The notes below the pieces were generated by a model. It saw only the letters and a list, made by a program, of their open reading frames with translations, was not told the DNA's origin and did not search any database. From the NCBI GenBank assembly GCA_963703155.1, contig OY969796.1:3766325-3830324 (forward strand): a stretch of DNA of 64,000 nucleotides, read 5' to 3'. Both the position numbers and the translations under genes were made by a program. Below are positions 52,022 to 61,613 of this stretch, piece by piece; positions within the stretch are counted from its first letter, which is position 1, and each line of letters starts with the position of its first letter. The stretch is from an uncultured Chloroflexia bacterium. Lineage in GTDB: Bacteria; Chloroflexota; Limnocylindria; Limnocylindrales; CSP1-4.

Positions 52022-52867
52022 CTAGCCAGTCAGGTCCGCGAGGCCGAGGGTGAAGCCGCCGTCGACATCGATCGCCGCCCCGGTCACGAAGCGGCCGCCC
52101 GGCCCGCAGAGCCACGCGATCGCCTCCGCGACGTCGCGGCCGTCGCCAACCGTCGAGAGCGCCTGCCGCCCGAAGTTGGCCCCGGTCTCGAACCGCGCCC
52201 GCTCGTCGCCCTCGGCCAGGCCACGCAGCTCGCTCGGGATGATCCCCGGCCGGATCACGTTGACGCGGATGCCATCGCGCCCAAGGTCCACCGCCAGCGC
52301 CCGGGTCATCGCCTCCACCGCGCCCTTCGCGGACACGTAGCCGAACCGACCGCGCGGCGGCCGCGTCACCGCGGTCGAACCCAGGTTGATGACGACGCCG
52401 CGGTTCCGGCGGAGCTCCTCGAGGGCGGCGCGGGTGCACAGGAACACGCTGAGGACGTTGGCCCGCCACATGCCCTCGAGATCGGCCTCCGACAGCCGCT
52501 CGATCGGTCCCTGGACCTCGCTGCCCGCGTTGTTCACGAGGACGTCGATCCCGCCGAGGGCATCGACCGCGGTGGCGGCCATCGCCCGCACCCCGGCATC
52601 GTCGGTGACGTCGGCCACGACCGGGACGACGCGGCCGGGGAGGTCCGCCAGTTCGCTGGCGAGCCGATCGAGACGGTCGCCTCGGCGGGCGACGGCGACG
52701 ACATGCGCGCCCATCGCGGCCAGGTGCCGCACCATGTGCGCCCCGAGGCCGCTCGAGGCACCCGTCACGATGACCCGGCGCCCGGCGAGCGAGTGCGCCG
52801 GCGCGCCGGCGGGTGTGACGAAGTCGGCGGCCACGACCTTTCCCCCCGGTCCGGGTGCGCCCATCAC
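52022..52867 (-). CDS. SDR family oxidoreductase
   Basis: TGASSGLG Rossmann motif, NNAG, and YxxxK (YVSAK). Confidence 0.8.
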   Translation of the reverse strand: MMGAPGPGGKVVAADFVTPAGAPAHSLAGRRVIVTGASSGLGAHMVRHLAAMGAHVVAVARRGDRLDRLASELADLPGRVVPVVADVTDDAGVRAMAATAVDALGGIDVLVNNAGSEVQGPIERLSEADLEGMWRANVLSVFLCTRAALEELRRNRGVVINLGSTAVTRPPRGRFGYVSAKGAVEAMTRALAVDLGRDGIRVNVIRPGIIPSELRGLAEGDERARFETGANFGRQALSTVGDGRDVAEAIAWLCGPGGRFVTGAAIDVDGGFTLGLADLTG

Positions 52868-55041
52868 GCCCGCCCGGCAGCGGTCTCCGCAGCACGGCTG
52901 CGGCCGGCCAGCTGGATCAGGTCCTCGTGCAACTCGAACCAGATGCCGTGGTAGCTGTCCACGCGCGGCGAGGCGACATAGCGCTGGTCGCCCGCCTGGG
53001 CGGCAGCATTCGCCCGATCAAGGCGCTCCCGATACGCGGTGAGACGCGCGGGGGCCGACACCAGCGCGTCGAGCCAGGCCAGCGCGTCGAGGTGCAGCGC
53101 GGCGAGGTCGGCCAGGACCGCCGTGTCGTAGGCGGCATCCGAGTGGTCGTTGAACGCCTGGGCGCCCTCGACCTCCCGCATCTGCCAGGCCGTGACGGTT
53201 GACTTCATGCGGTGGTCCAGCGCGAGGAACGCGTCAAGCGCCCCCTCGGCGTTGGCGAGCCCCCACAGCTCCGTCTCCTCGGCGATCCGCTCCTTCGCGA
53301 TCGCCTTGCCGTCCGCGGTGAGCCGAAAGGATCCTGCGGCCATCTCCGCGAGCCCGTTCGCGACGAGCCCGTCGAGCACCGCGCTCGCCTCCTCGGACGA
53401 CACGAGGAGGGCTGTCCCCAGTCCTTCAGGGGTGGCGTAGCCCTTGACCGCGAGGACGCGGAGCCCGTCGTCGGCAGAGATGGCGCGCGGGCCCGCAGCG
53501 AACGGGCCCGCAGCGAACGGGACCGCCGGTGCGGCCGGGGCGCCAGATGCAGCCGAGGGGACCGTCTCCGGTCCTGGGGCGATCGGGATCCCGAGCCCCG
53601 CTGCCCAGGCTGCAAGCGTCGCCGCCTCCGGGACCACCGCGGCCGTGCCGGTCGCGGCTCCCGCGAAGACCTCGCCCGTGGTGCCGTCGATCGTGATGGT
53701 GTCCCCTGCCGACAAGAGACGGTCGCCAATCACCACCGATCCATCGCCAACCACGATGCTTGCGGCGCCGACCACCGCCGGGATGCCCCACCCACGGGCG
53801 ACCACGGCCGCGTGGCTTGCGAGCCCGCCCGTGGACGTCAGGACCCCGGCGGCACGGGCCATGCCGTGGACGTCATCCGGGGACGTCTCCGCACGGACCA
53901 GGATCACCGTCCGGCCGGCCTCCGCCGCCGCGACCGCGGCCTCCGGGGACGTCACGATCTCGCCGCACGCCACGCCGGGCGACGCCGCCAGGCCGGTCGC
54001 GATCGCGGGACCGACGTCGCCGCGCTCGGTGACCTCCGTCGGCGGATCGGCCAGGATCGACTGGACGCGCCGCACGGCCTCGGCCCTGGTCACCGGGAAG
54101 TCGGGATCCTCGGCCATGTCGCGCGCGATCCGGAGGGCGGCGTGGGGGCTGCGCTTGCCGACGCGGCACTGGAGCATCCACAGGCGCCCATGCTCGATCG
54201 TGAACTCGATGTCGCAGAGGTCGGCGTGATGGTGTTCCAGGCGTGCGGCGTAGTCGCGCAACTGCCGCCCCACCTCGGGAATCCGCTCGTCCAGCACCGA
54301 GATGGGCTCCGTCCGGTGCGTGCCGGCGACCACGTCCTCGCCCTGGGCGTTGAACATCACGTCGCCGTAGAGGACCGGCTCGCCGGTGGCCGGGTTGCGC
54401 GTGAACAGCACGCCCGTCCCCGAATCCACGCTTCGGTTCCCGAAGACCATCGCTTGAACCGTCACGGCCGTGCCCAGATCGTCGGGGATCCCCTCCCGCT
54501 CGCGATACGCCCGCGCCCGGTCGCCGTTCCAGGACCGGAACACGGCCTCGGTGGCGGCACGCAGCTGCTGCCACGGGTCCGCCGGCACGACCTCCGAGCC
54601 GACGATATCGCGGTACATCGTCTCGAAGCGGGACCTGCAGTTGGCCGCGAACTTGGGGCTCGAGGTGCGGGCGGCGAGGCCCGCCATGGTCGCGTCGTTG
54701 AGCCCGAGGTTGAGGATCGTGTCCATCATGCCGGGCATGGACACGGGGGCCCCGGACCGGACGCTCACGAGGAGCGGGTTGTCCGGATCGGCGAACCGCT
54801 GCCCCACTCCCTCCTCGATGTGCCCCATGTGGGCGCGCATCTCCGCATCGAGGCCCTCGGGCCAGCCGTGGGCGAGGTACTCGTTGCAGGCTTCCGTGGA
54901 CACGGTGAAGGCTGGCGGAACTGGGAGGTTCAGTTCAGCCGCCATCACGGTGAGGTTCGCAGCCTTGCCACCAACCAGGCGCTTGACCTCTTCGAATGTC
55001 AGGCCGTCGAACGGGTGGTCGCAGTCGAAGACGTAGGTCAC
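52864..55041 (-). CDS. PPDK/PEP-synthase-like phosphotransferase: N-terminal nucleotide-binding (ATP-grasp) domain plus phosphohistidine swivel domain, with a non-canonical ~230-aa helical C-terminal domain instead of a PEP/pyruvate TIM barrel
   Basis: PPDK_N-like N-terminus (GGKAANL...). His domain GGLASHAAVVARGWGIPAVVG. The linker has a tandem repeat VPFAAGPFAAGP. The C-terminus shows no PEP-utilisers signature. Confidence 0.65.
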   Translation of the reverse strand: MTYVFDCDHPFDGLTFEEVKRLVGGKAANLTVMAAELNLPVPPAFTVSTEACNEYLAHGWPEGLDAEMRAHMGHIEEGVGQRFADPDNPLLVSVRSGAPVSMPGMMDTILNLGLNDATMAGLAARTSSPKFAANCRSRFETMYRDIVGSEVVPADPWQQLRAATEAVFRSWNGDRARAYREREGIPDDLGTAVTVQAMVFGNRSVDSGTGVLFTRNPATGEPVLYGDVMFNAQGEDVVAGTHRTEPISVLDERIPEVGRQLRDYAARLEHHHADLCDIEFTIEHGRLWMLQCRVGKRSPHAALRIARDMAEDPDFPVTRAEAVRRVQSILADPPTEVTERGDVGPAIATGLAASPGVACGEIVTSPEAAVAAAEAGRTVILVRAETSPDDVHGMARAAGVLTSTGGLASHAAVVARGWGIPAVVGAASIVVGDGSVVIGDRLLSAGDTITIDGTTGEVFAGAATGTAAVVPEAATLAAWAAGLGIPIAPGPETVPSAASGAPAAPAVPFAAGPFAAGPRAISADDGLRVLAVKGYATPEGLGTALLVSSEEASAVLDGLVANGLAEMAAGSFRLTADGKAIAKERIAEETELWGLANAEGALDAFLALDHRMKSTVTAWQMREVEGAQAFNDHSDAAYDTAVLADLAALHLDALAWLDALVSAPARLTAYRERLDRANAAAQAGDQRYVASPRVDSYHGIWFELHEDLIQLAGRSRAAETAAGRA

Positions 55042-55106
55042 GGGTTCAGGCTCCAGGGATCCGAGGCGCGGTCACGAACCTGCGGACGAGCATCAGCGGC
55101 CACGCC

Positions 55107-56165
55107 TCACGGCCGGACGATGATCTTGATGGCCCCGCTCTTGGGGTCGTTGAAGGTGTCGAGGGCCTGCTGGTACTCGGCCAGCGGGAACTCGTGGGTC
55201 ATGACATCCCGCACGCGCATCCGGCCCTGCTCCACGAGGGGCATGACGCGCCGCATCTCGCCCGCCGAGGCGCGCGAGCCGACGAGCTCGATCTCGTCGA
55301 GCACGAGCCGCTGCATCGCGATCTCGACGCCCACGGTGGGGATGCCCACGGCCGCGCAGCGCCCGCCGCGCCGGAGCATGGCCAGTGCCCACTGCACGGT
55401 CACCGGCACCCCCGCGCACTCGAGCACGACGTCAACGCCGAAGCCGCCGGTCATCTCGCGCACGGTCGCGGCGGGATCTCCGACGCTCGAGTCAACCGTC
55501 TCAAACCCCATCTCGGCGGCCTTGGCGAGCCGCAGCGGGTTGCGCTCGACGACGATCACGCGCGCCGCCCCCCGGACCCGCGCGGCGTCGCCGCCGAGCA
55601 GGCCGATGGCCCCGGCGCCGGTGACGGCCACCGCGTCGCCCGGGGCGACGCCGCCGCGGTTGGCGACGTGGAGCGCGATCGAGGCCGGGTCGACGAGCGC
55701 GCCGTCGTCGAACGAGAGCGCGTCGGGCAGCGGGAACACGGACTTCACCCCGTGGACGACGTACTCGGCGTCCGCGCCCTGGACGCTGTGGCCGTACTGC
55801 CGGTGGAGCCCCGCCCGGCCGTAGTTCTCGCACAGGTTGTAGCGGCCCTCGACGCACTTCTGGCACACGCCGCAGGCGTCGTGGCTGGTGCCCGCGACCC
55901 GGTCCCCCACCCGCCAGCCGAAGCGCTCGGCGCCGGGGCCCAGGGCGGCCACCTCGCCCGCCCACTCGTGGCCCGGGGTGAACGGGAACGAGGGCGGCCA
56001 GAAGCCCGGGTAGTCGCCCCGGACGAGGTGGGCGTCGGTGCCGCAGATGGACACCGCGCGCACGCGGGCGAGGACCTCGTTGGGCCCGGGCACGGGCACG
56101 GGCACCTCGCGGACCTCGAGGCGGTTGGGCTCGACCACGACGAGCGCCTGCATGGTCTCGGGCAC
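55107..56165 (-). CDS. zinc-dependent alcohol dehydrogenase (MDR family), copy 2; paralog of 50918-51973
   Basis: The first ~214 aa are identical to copy 1. The remainder is about 85% identical. Confidence 0.8.
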   Translation of the reverse strand: MPETMQALVVVEPNRLEVREVPVPVPGPNEVLARVRAVSICGTDAHLVRGDYPGFWPPSFPFTPGHEWAGEVAALGPGAERFGWRVGDRVAGTSHDACGVCQKCVEGRYNLCENYGRAGLHRQYGHSVQGADAEYVVHGVKSVFPLPDALSFDDGALVDPASIALHVANRGGVAPGDAVAVTGAGAIGLLGGDAARVRGAARVIVVERNPLRLAKAAEMGFETVDSSVGDPAATVREMTGGFGVDVVLECAGVPVTVQWALAMLRRGGRCAAVGIPTVGVEIAMQRLVLDEIELVGSRASAGEMRRVMPLVEQGRMRVRDVMTHEFPLAEYQQALDTFNDPKSGAIKIIVRP

Positions 56166-56177
56166 GGGGCGGACTCC
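55548..56177. repeat. inverted repeat arm B (partner of 50906-51534)
   Basis: See arm A. Confidence 0.75.
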
Positions 56178-56187
56178 CTGGGACGCG

Positions 56188-57075
56188 TCAGATGACGGCG
56201 ACGGGATCGACCATCGATCCAGTGGCGCCGCGGATCTTCACTGGGAGGGCCACGAACAGGAACTCGTACACCCGCTGGCGGGCGAGCTCCTCCAGATCGA
56301 GGCTCTCCATGAGGTAGATGCCGTTGTCGATCAACAGCAGCGTGTGCACGGGCTGAGGGTTGCCGGTCGGCCCGGGATCGGGAGCCGGCTGGACCTCGTA
56401 GGTCTCGGTGTCGGTTCCCGTGGCGACCACTCCCCGATCGAGGAGCCAGCGGGCCGCCGAGATGTCCGGCCCGGGCGTCTTGTGCGCCGCCATCCGCTCG
56501 GCGTCGGGCCACAGGGACATGTACCCGGTCCGGATCACGACCACGTCCCAGGGGCGCACCTCGACGGCCTGGGCTGCGCAGATGGCATCCATCTCCGCGG
56601 CATCGATCGGCGAGCCGTGCGGCAGGCACTCGACCCCGCGGTGGCCGGCCGCGTCGAGCAGCACGCCGCGCGTGAAGAACGGGGGCAGGGCGGAGGCATC
56701 GAGATGCGTCGGGCCGAAATCGCTCAAGTGGTCGTCGGCCCGCCCGCCGCCATGCCAGCGCATGTCCTCGCCGATGGTCATGTGCGCCAGCGCGTCGATG
56801 TGGGCGCCGGAGTGCGAGGTGGCCATGACGTACTCGGCCATGTAGCCGAGGCCAACGTCGTTGACCGGACCCCAGGGCTTGGCGCCGACAACCCGGATGC
56901 CCCGCGGCGTGCGGTAGTTCAGCACCTGGAACGGCGGGTGCCCCGGGAACAGCGGCATCCCAGGGAACCGCGCCGCCGCGAGCGAGATCGTCCTGCCTTC
57001 GCGGACCAGGCCCGCGGCGCGGACGATCTGCTCCGGGGGCAGCGATGCAATCGGACCGATGTCGAAAGCGGTCAT
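56188..57075 (-). CDS. cyclase family protein (kynurenine formamidase-like)
   Basis: HSGAHIDALAH motif. The ATG overlaps the upstream stop (ATGA). Confidence 0.75.
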   Translation of the reverse strand: MTAFDIGPIASLPPEQIVRAAGLVREGRTISLAAARFPGMPLFPGHPPFQVLNYRTPRGIRVVGAKPWGPVNDVGLGYMAEYVMATSHSGAHIDALAHMTIGEDMRWHGGGRADDHLSDFGPTHLDASALPPFFTRGVLLDAAGHRGVECLPHGSPIDAAEMDAICAAQAVEVRPWDVVVIRTGYMSLWPDAERMAAHKTPGPDISAARWLLDRGVVATGTDTETYEVQPAPDPGPTGNPQPVHTLLLIDNGIYLMESLDLEELARQRVYEFLFVALPVKIRGATGSMVDPVAVI

Positions 57076-59336
57076 GACCCGTGCTCCTCGCGCTCGTTGG
57101 CTGGCCGGTCGCGCAGCGCCCGCCAGACGCGCTCTGGCGTCAGCGGCAGGTCTCGGACGACCACGCCGGTCGCCTCCCGGACGGCGGCCGCGACGGCCGG
57201 CGCCACGCACAGGAGCGCCCCCTCGCTCATGCCCTTGGCACCGTAGGGGCCCGGGCCGTCGCCGTTCTCCACCATGTCGCTGATCAACTCGAGCGGCAGG
57301 TCCATGCTGGTGGGGATCCGGTAGTCGATGGCGCCGAGGTTCCGGATTCGCCCGGCGTCGTCAAAGATGTACTGCTCCATCAGGGTGTGGCCGAGGCCCT
57401 GGATGGCGGCCCCCTCGTCCTGCGTCCGGACCTGGAGCGGGTTGATCGCCTTCCCCACATCGGACACGGTCACGTGGCGCACCACCGTCACGTCGCCGGT
57501 GCCCTCGTCGACCGCCGCCTCGATCGCGGTGCAGTTGAACTCGAAGAACGCGGGTGCGCCGCCGAGCGGGTGGTCCGGATCCGCGTCCTTGCGCATCTCG
57601 CCGTTGCCAACCAGCTCGCCGCCCAGCCGGCCCAGCCCGGGTCCGAGCAGGTCCCGGATCGAGAGGTCGCGGTCGGGCAGCGAGACGACGCCCCGGTCCA
57701 CGCGGATCAAGGCCTCGTCGAGGCCGTGGACGCGAGCCGCCATCGCCCGCAGCTTGCCTTGGATCTCGCGGCACGCCGCCAACACGGAGTTGCCCATCAG
57801 GACGGTGGACCGGCTCGCCGAGGTCTGCTGGTCGTACGGCACCACGGCCGTGTCGCCCATGATCACCGTGACCCAGTCCAGCGGGGCCCCGAGCTCCTGA
57901 CCGGCGATCTGGGCCAGCACGGTCCGCGCTCCCTGGCCCATGTCGGACGTGCCGGCGTAGACGACAACGCTGCCGTCGGCGAGCAGCCGGACGGTCGAGT
58001 AGGACAGCCCGGTCGTCGGCCCCGACTTGATCCCAACGGCGATGCCGCGCCCGTGTCCGGGCGGCCTGGGCGTGTCCCAGCCGATGAGCGCGGCAGCCCG
58101 CCGAACCACCTCTGCCCAGTCCCCGTCGGCGGGCGTGTCCCAAGGGATGAACGCCTCGCCCGGCCGGGCCAGGTTCCGCAGCCGGATCTCCAGGCGGTCC
58201 AGGCCCAGGATCAACGCGGCCTCGTCCAGGTTGGACTCCACCGCCCAGTTCACCTGCGGGTTGCCGAAGCCGCGCATCGCCGTCGACGGCACGGTATGGG
58301 ACAGGATCGGGCGGGCGACGATCCGGGCAGCCGGCATCCGGTACGGGCCAGCGCCCAGGTAGCTCCCCTTGCCCACCACCCGGTCGGCGATGTCGACGTA
58401 GGCGCCGATGAGATAGTCCGCCTCGATGTCCTGGAAGCAGATCGTCCCGTCGGCTCGGAGGCCGGTCCGGACGTGCACGTCGGACGCGGCGCGGCGGACC
58501 GCCTGGAACGTCTCCTCGAGCGTCAGCACCAGGCGGACCGGCCGCCCCGCCCGCAGCGCCATGAGCGCAACCAGCGGCTCGTACTTCGCGTGCTGCTTGC
58601 CACCGAAACCGCCGCCCGGGTCCGGGGCGACGACGCGGACCTTCGCGAGGGGCAGGCCGGTGATCTCGGCCAGAATCCGCTGCAGCCAGTTGGGGTGCTG
58701 GACCGTGCTCCACATCACCAGGCCGTCCCCGTCGGGGGCGGCGATGTAAGCGTGCGGCTCGATGGCGAACTGGGTGATGATCGGGAACGTGTAGCGGTGG
58801 TCCACGACCAGGTCGGCGGGCGTCGCGTCGACATCCCCCCAGCCCACCCGGTGCTCGCGCAGGATGTTGGATCCCGAGAGGGGATCCTTCGGCCGCCGCG
58901 ACGGGTCCTGGACCAGCGGTGCGGCGGGGGCGAGGGCACCGGCGATCGTCGTGACCGCGGGCAGCTCCTCGAAGGTCACGCGGACGAGCGCCGCAGCCTC
59001 CTGCGCCGCGTCCTTCGTCTCGGCTGCCACGATGGCCACCGGCTCGCCGTGGTACTTGACCTCGTCGACGGCCAGCACCGGGCGATCCCGGTACTGCGGT
59101 CCGAAGCGGGGGACGGGCTGCGGGAGGTCCGCGGCTGTCAGCACCAGCCGGACGCCAGGAACGCGCAGCGCCTCGCTCGTGTCGATCGCGACGATCCGGG
59201 CGTGGGCGCAGTCGATGGTCACCAGCTTCGCGTGCAGCTCGCCCGCGAGGTGGACGTCCGCGACGTACTCCTGGGCGCCCGTGACGCGATCGATCCCGCC
59301 TACCCGGTTGGGAGATGCCCCCACGCGCGCGGTCAT
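57072..59336 (-). CDS. xanthine dehydrogenase/CoxL-family molybdopterin-binding large subunit
   Basis: About 754 aa. N-terminus VGGIDRVTGAQEYVADV and GGGFGGKQ. Stop/start overlaps with the neighbouring genes. Confidence 0.8.
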   Translation of the reverse strand: MTARVGASPNRVGGIDRVTGAQEYVADVHLAGELHAKLVTIDCAHARIVAIDTSEALRVPGVRLVLTAADLPQPVPRFGPQYRDRPVLAVDEVKYHGEPVAIVAAETKDAAQEAAALVRVTFEELPAVTTIAGALAPAAPLVQDPSRRPKDPLSGSNILREHRVGWGDVDATPADLVVDHRYTFPIITQFAIEPHAYIAAPDGDGLVMWSTVQHPNWLQRILAEITGLPLAKVRVVAPDPGGGFGGKQHAKYEPLVALMALRAGRPVRLVLTLEETFQAVRRAASDVHVRTGLRADGTICFQDIEADYLIGAYVDIADRVVGKGSYLGAGPYRMPAARIVARPILSHTVPSTAMRGFGNPQVNWAVESNLDEAALILGLDRLEIRLRNLARPGEAFIPWDTPADGDWAEVVRRAAALIGWDTPRPPGHGRGIAVGIKSGPTTGLSYSTVRLLADGSVVVYAGTSDMGQGARTVLAQIAGQELGAPLDWVTVIMGDTAVVPYDQQTSASRSTVLMGNSVLAACREIQGKLRAMAARVHGLDEALIRVDRGVVSLPDRDLSIRDLLGPGLGRLGGELVGNGEMRKDADPDHPLGGAPAFFEFNCTAIEAAVDEGTGDVTVVRHVTVSDVGKAINPLQVRTQDEGAAIQGLGHTLMEQYIFDDAGRIRNLGAIDYRIPTSMDLPLELISDMVENGDGPGPYGAKGMSEGALLCVAPAVAAAVREATGVVVRDLPLTPERVWRALRDRPANEREEHGS

Positions 59337-59809
59337 CGGCCGGTCTCCTCGGCCGTCGCGAGGACGGCCTCGCTGATCTGCGCGTACCCGGCGCAGCGGC
59401 ACAGGTTCCCGGCCAGGCCCTCCTGGACCTCGGCGAGCGTCGGGTGCGGCGTGCGGGCCAGCAGGTCGTGGGCCGCCATCAGCTGGCCGGGGATGCAGAA
59501 GCCGCACTGCGCGGCGCCATGGTCGAGGAATGCCTGCTGGAGGCGCGTCAGCGGCCCATTCTCCGCAAGTCCCTCCACCGTGGTGACGCTGCTGCCGTCG
59601 GCCTCGACGGCGAGCACGAGGCACGAATCCACGATGCGCCCGTCCAGGCTGACGGTGCAGGCACCGCACTCGCCGACCAGGCAGCACTCCTTGGTGCCGG
59701 TGAGGGCCAAATCGTCGCGCAGCACGTCCAGCAACGTGTGATGGGGCGCCACCCGGAGCGACCGCGGTCGGCCGTTGACGGTGATCGTGATGGACACGAG
59801 GTTCGGCAT
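59333..59809 (-). CDS. (2Fe-2S)-binding small subunit (CoxS-like)
   Basis: CLVGECGACTV, CGFCIPG and CRCAGY motifs. Confidence 0.8.
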   Translation of the reverse strand: MPNLVSITITVNGRPRSLRVAPHHTLLDVLRDDLALTGTKECCLVGECGACTVSLDGRIVDSCLVLAVEADGSSVTTVEGLAENGPLTRLQQAFLDHGAAQCGFCIPGQLMAAHDLLARTPHPTLAEVQEGLAGNLCRCAGYAQISEAVLATAEETGR

Positions 59810-59813
59810 CACG

Positions 59814-60677
59814 TCACTCCCCAGCCGCCAGGCGACCAATCGCCGTGCGGATCGCGCGCTCACCCAGCACCCGGAGCATCGCGAGCCGGTACTCGGGACT
59901 CGCCCGCATGGAGCGCGGCGACGGGCTGGCATCGGCGAACATCCGCTCCAGGACGGCAGCCATCGCCTCCCGCGGCGCTGCCGGGTTCGCGAGGACGCCG
60001 CTGTCGTCCACGCCGAGCACGGGCCGGGGGCCGACGCTCCCATAGGCCAGGCGGGTCACGCCGGCCCGATCCACCGTGCAGGCGAGCGTCACCGAGGCCA
60101 GATCGTGGCCCCGCCGGCGGGTGCGGCGCACGTGGGTTGCGCCGAGGGGTCCGGCGCGCAGCGGGATCTCGACGGCGGTCACGAGTTCGCCCCGCCGGAG
60201 CGTGGTGACGCCCGACCGGACGAAGAAGCGGTCGATCGGGATCCGGCGCACGCCGTCGGGGCCCACCGCGATCACCTCGGCCCCGTACACGAGGAGCGAG
60301 GGCGCGGTGTCGGCCGCCGGCGATGCATTGCAGATGTTGCCCACCAGCGTCGCCCGGTTCCGAACCTGCACCGAGCCGACGACCTCGGCTGCCTCGGCAA
60401 GCGCGGTCAGGTGCGTGCGCACCCGCGAGTCGGCGGCGACGTCGGTCATGACCACCGTCGCGGGGATCACGAGACGGCCATCGGCCTCCCGGATCACTGG
60501 CTCCAATGCTGCGATCCGCTTGACGTCGACGACGACGCTCGGCGTGGCTGACCCGTCACGCAGCCGGATCACGAGGTCCGTGCCACCGGCGAGGACGCGG
60601 GCGTCAGGCCCGCGTTCCGCCAGGATGGCGACGGCCTCGGCGATCGTCGTCGGCCGGGCGTAGGAGAACGTGCGCAT
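59814..60677 (-). CDS. FAD-binding subunit (CoxM/XdhB-like molybdopterin dehydrogenase FAD domain)
   Basis: LAGGTDL and TLVGNICNASPAAD motifs. 287 aa. Confidence 0.8.
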   Translation of the reverse strand: MRTFSYARPTTIAEAVAILAERGPDARVLAGGTDLVIRLRDGSATPSVVVDVKRIAALEPVIREADGRLVIPATVVMTDVAADSRVRTHLTALAEAAEVVGSVQVRNRATLVGNICNASPAADTAPSLLVYGAEVIAVGPDGVRRIPIDRFFVRSGVTTLRRGELVTAVEIPLRAGPLGATHVRRTRRRGHDLASVTLACTVDRAGVTRLAYGSVGPRPVLGVDDSGVLANPAAPREAMAAVLERMFADASPSPRSMRASPEYRLAMLRVLGERAIRTAIGRLAAGE

Positions 60678-60692
60678 GGTCGGGAACCGCCC

Positions 60693-61511
60693 CTAGAGGA
60701 TCCGGTCGACCTCGTCCAGGAGCACCTGGGGAGTCGCCGCACGGATGAAGTAGAAGGGCCGCTCGCAGAAGCGGGCGACGAAGTCGGCGCGCCTGGCGCG
60801 CAGGCCGTCGTTGTCCACCAACGGCATGACGTGCCCCGGGGCGAGCAGCTCGTTGGTGAGGAAGTAGTTCTGCAGTGAGTGGAGGAACTGGAACTGGCGC
60901 TCGAACGGGATCAACTCGTTCGTCGCAGGGTCGAAGTTGCCATCGATTGCCGGGACGATGACGAGATCGATGTTCGGGGTGCCGTTGAACATGCCCCAGG
61001 TCGGCATGCTGCCCCAGAACTTCTCGACGCCCTTGTTGGGCGCTGCCTTGTCGGACCGCTCCGTGCCCTCGGTCCGCTTGCGCAGGAACGTGTCGACCGA
61101 GCCCATGGCCGCGCGGCCTTCCTCGTCGATGACCGTGGTCTCGGAAGCGACCTGGAGTGCGCCGCGGACGCCGGCCTCGATCAGCCCCATGCTCTTGCCG
61201 TGGTTGGACTCGCCGCCCAGGAACAGCATCGTCCTGCCGCGGTAGTGCACGGCGGCACTGTGGGACGGGTGGAGGCCAACGGCCTCCATGCGGAGGGCGA
61301 GCACCGCGACGATCACCTTCTGGATGGGCCCAGCGGGCCAGTCGCCGCGGAACGTCACCGTCCGGCCGTCGTACGAGACCTCCTTCGCGCCCTCCTGGAG
61401 GACCAGGATGTCGGGCTCGGGCAAGGTGACCTCGGGCGAGATGCGGACGTCGGCCAGGCGGTAGTTCGAGGAAGGTGAGGTCGTCGAGGACATGGTCGCG
61501 CGGTCCGCCAC
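60693..61511 (-). CDS. hypothetical P-loop protein with an HPr-kinase-C-like motif (LFLGGESNHGKS)
   Basis: 272 aa. A Walker-A-like GxxxxGKS sits in a context resembling HprK-related kinases. No other signature was found. Confidence 0.4.
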   Translation of the reverse strand: MADRATMSSTTSPSSNYRLADVRISPEVTLPEPDILVLQEGAKEVSYDGRTVTFRGDWPAGPIQKVIVAVLALRMEAVGLHPSHSAAVHYRGRTMLFLGGESNHGKSMGLIEAGVRGALQVASETTVIDEEGRAAMGSVDTFLRKRTEGTERSDKAAPNKGVEKFWGSMPTWGMFNGTPNIDLVIVPAIDGNFDPATNELIPFERQFQFLHSLQNYFLTNELLAPGHVMPLVDNDGLRARRADFVARFCERPFYFIRAATPQVLLDEVDRIL

Positions 61512-61613
61512 CCAGCACGTCCACGCGGAGTCGCGCGGCGCCCGCCGAGAACTCTTCGGTCAGCTGCAGCTTGTCGTTCATCGCGTCCTTTCGCGGGGAT
61601 GGGCCAGGCCGCG

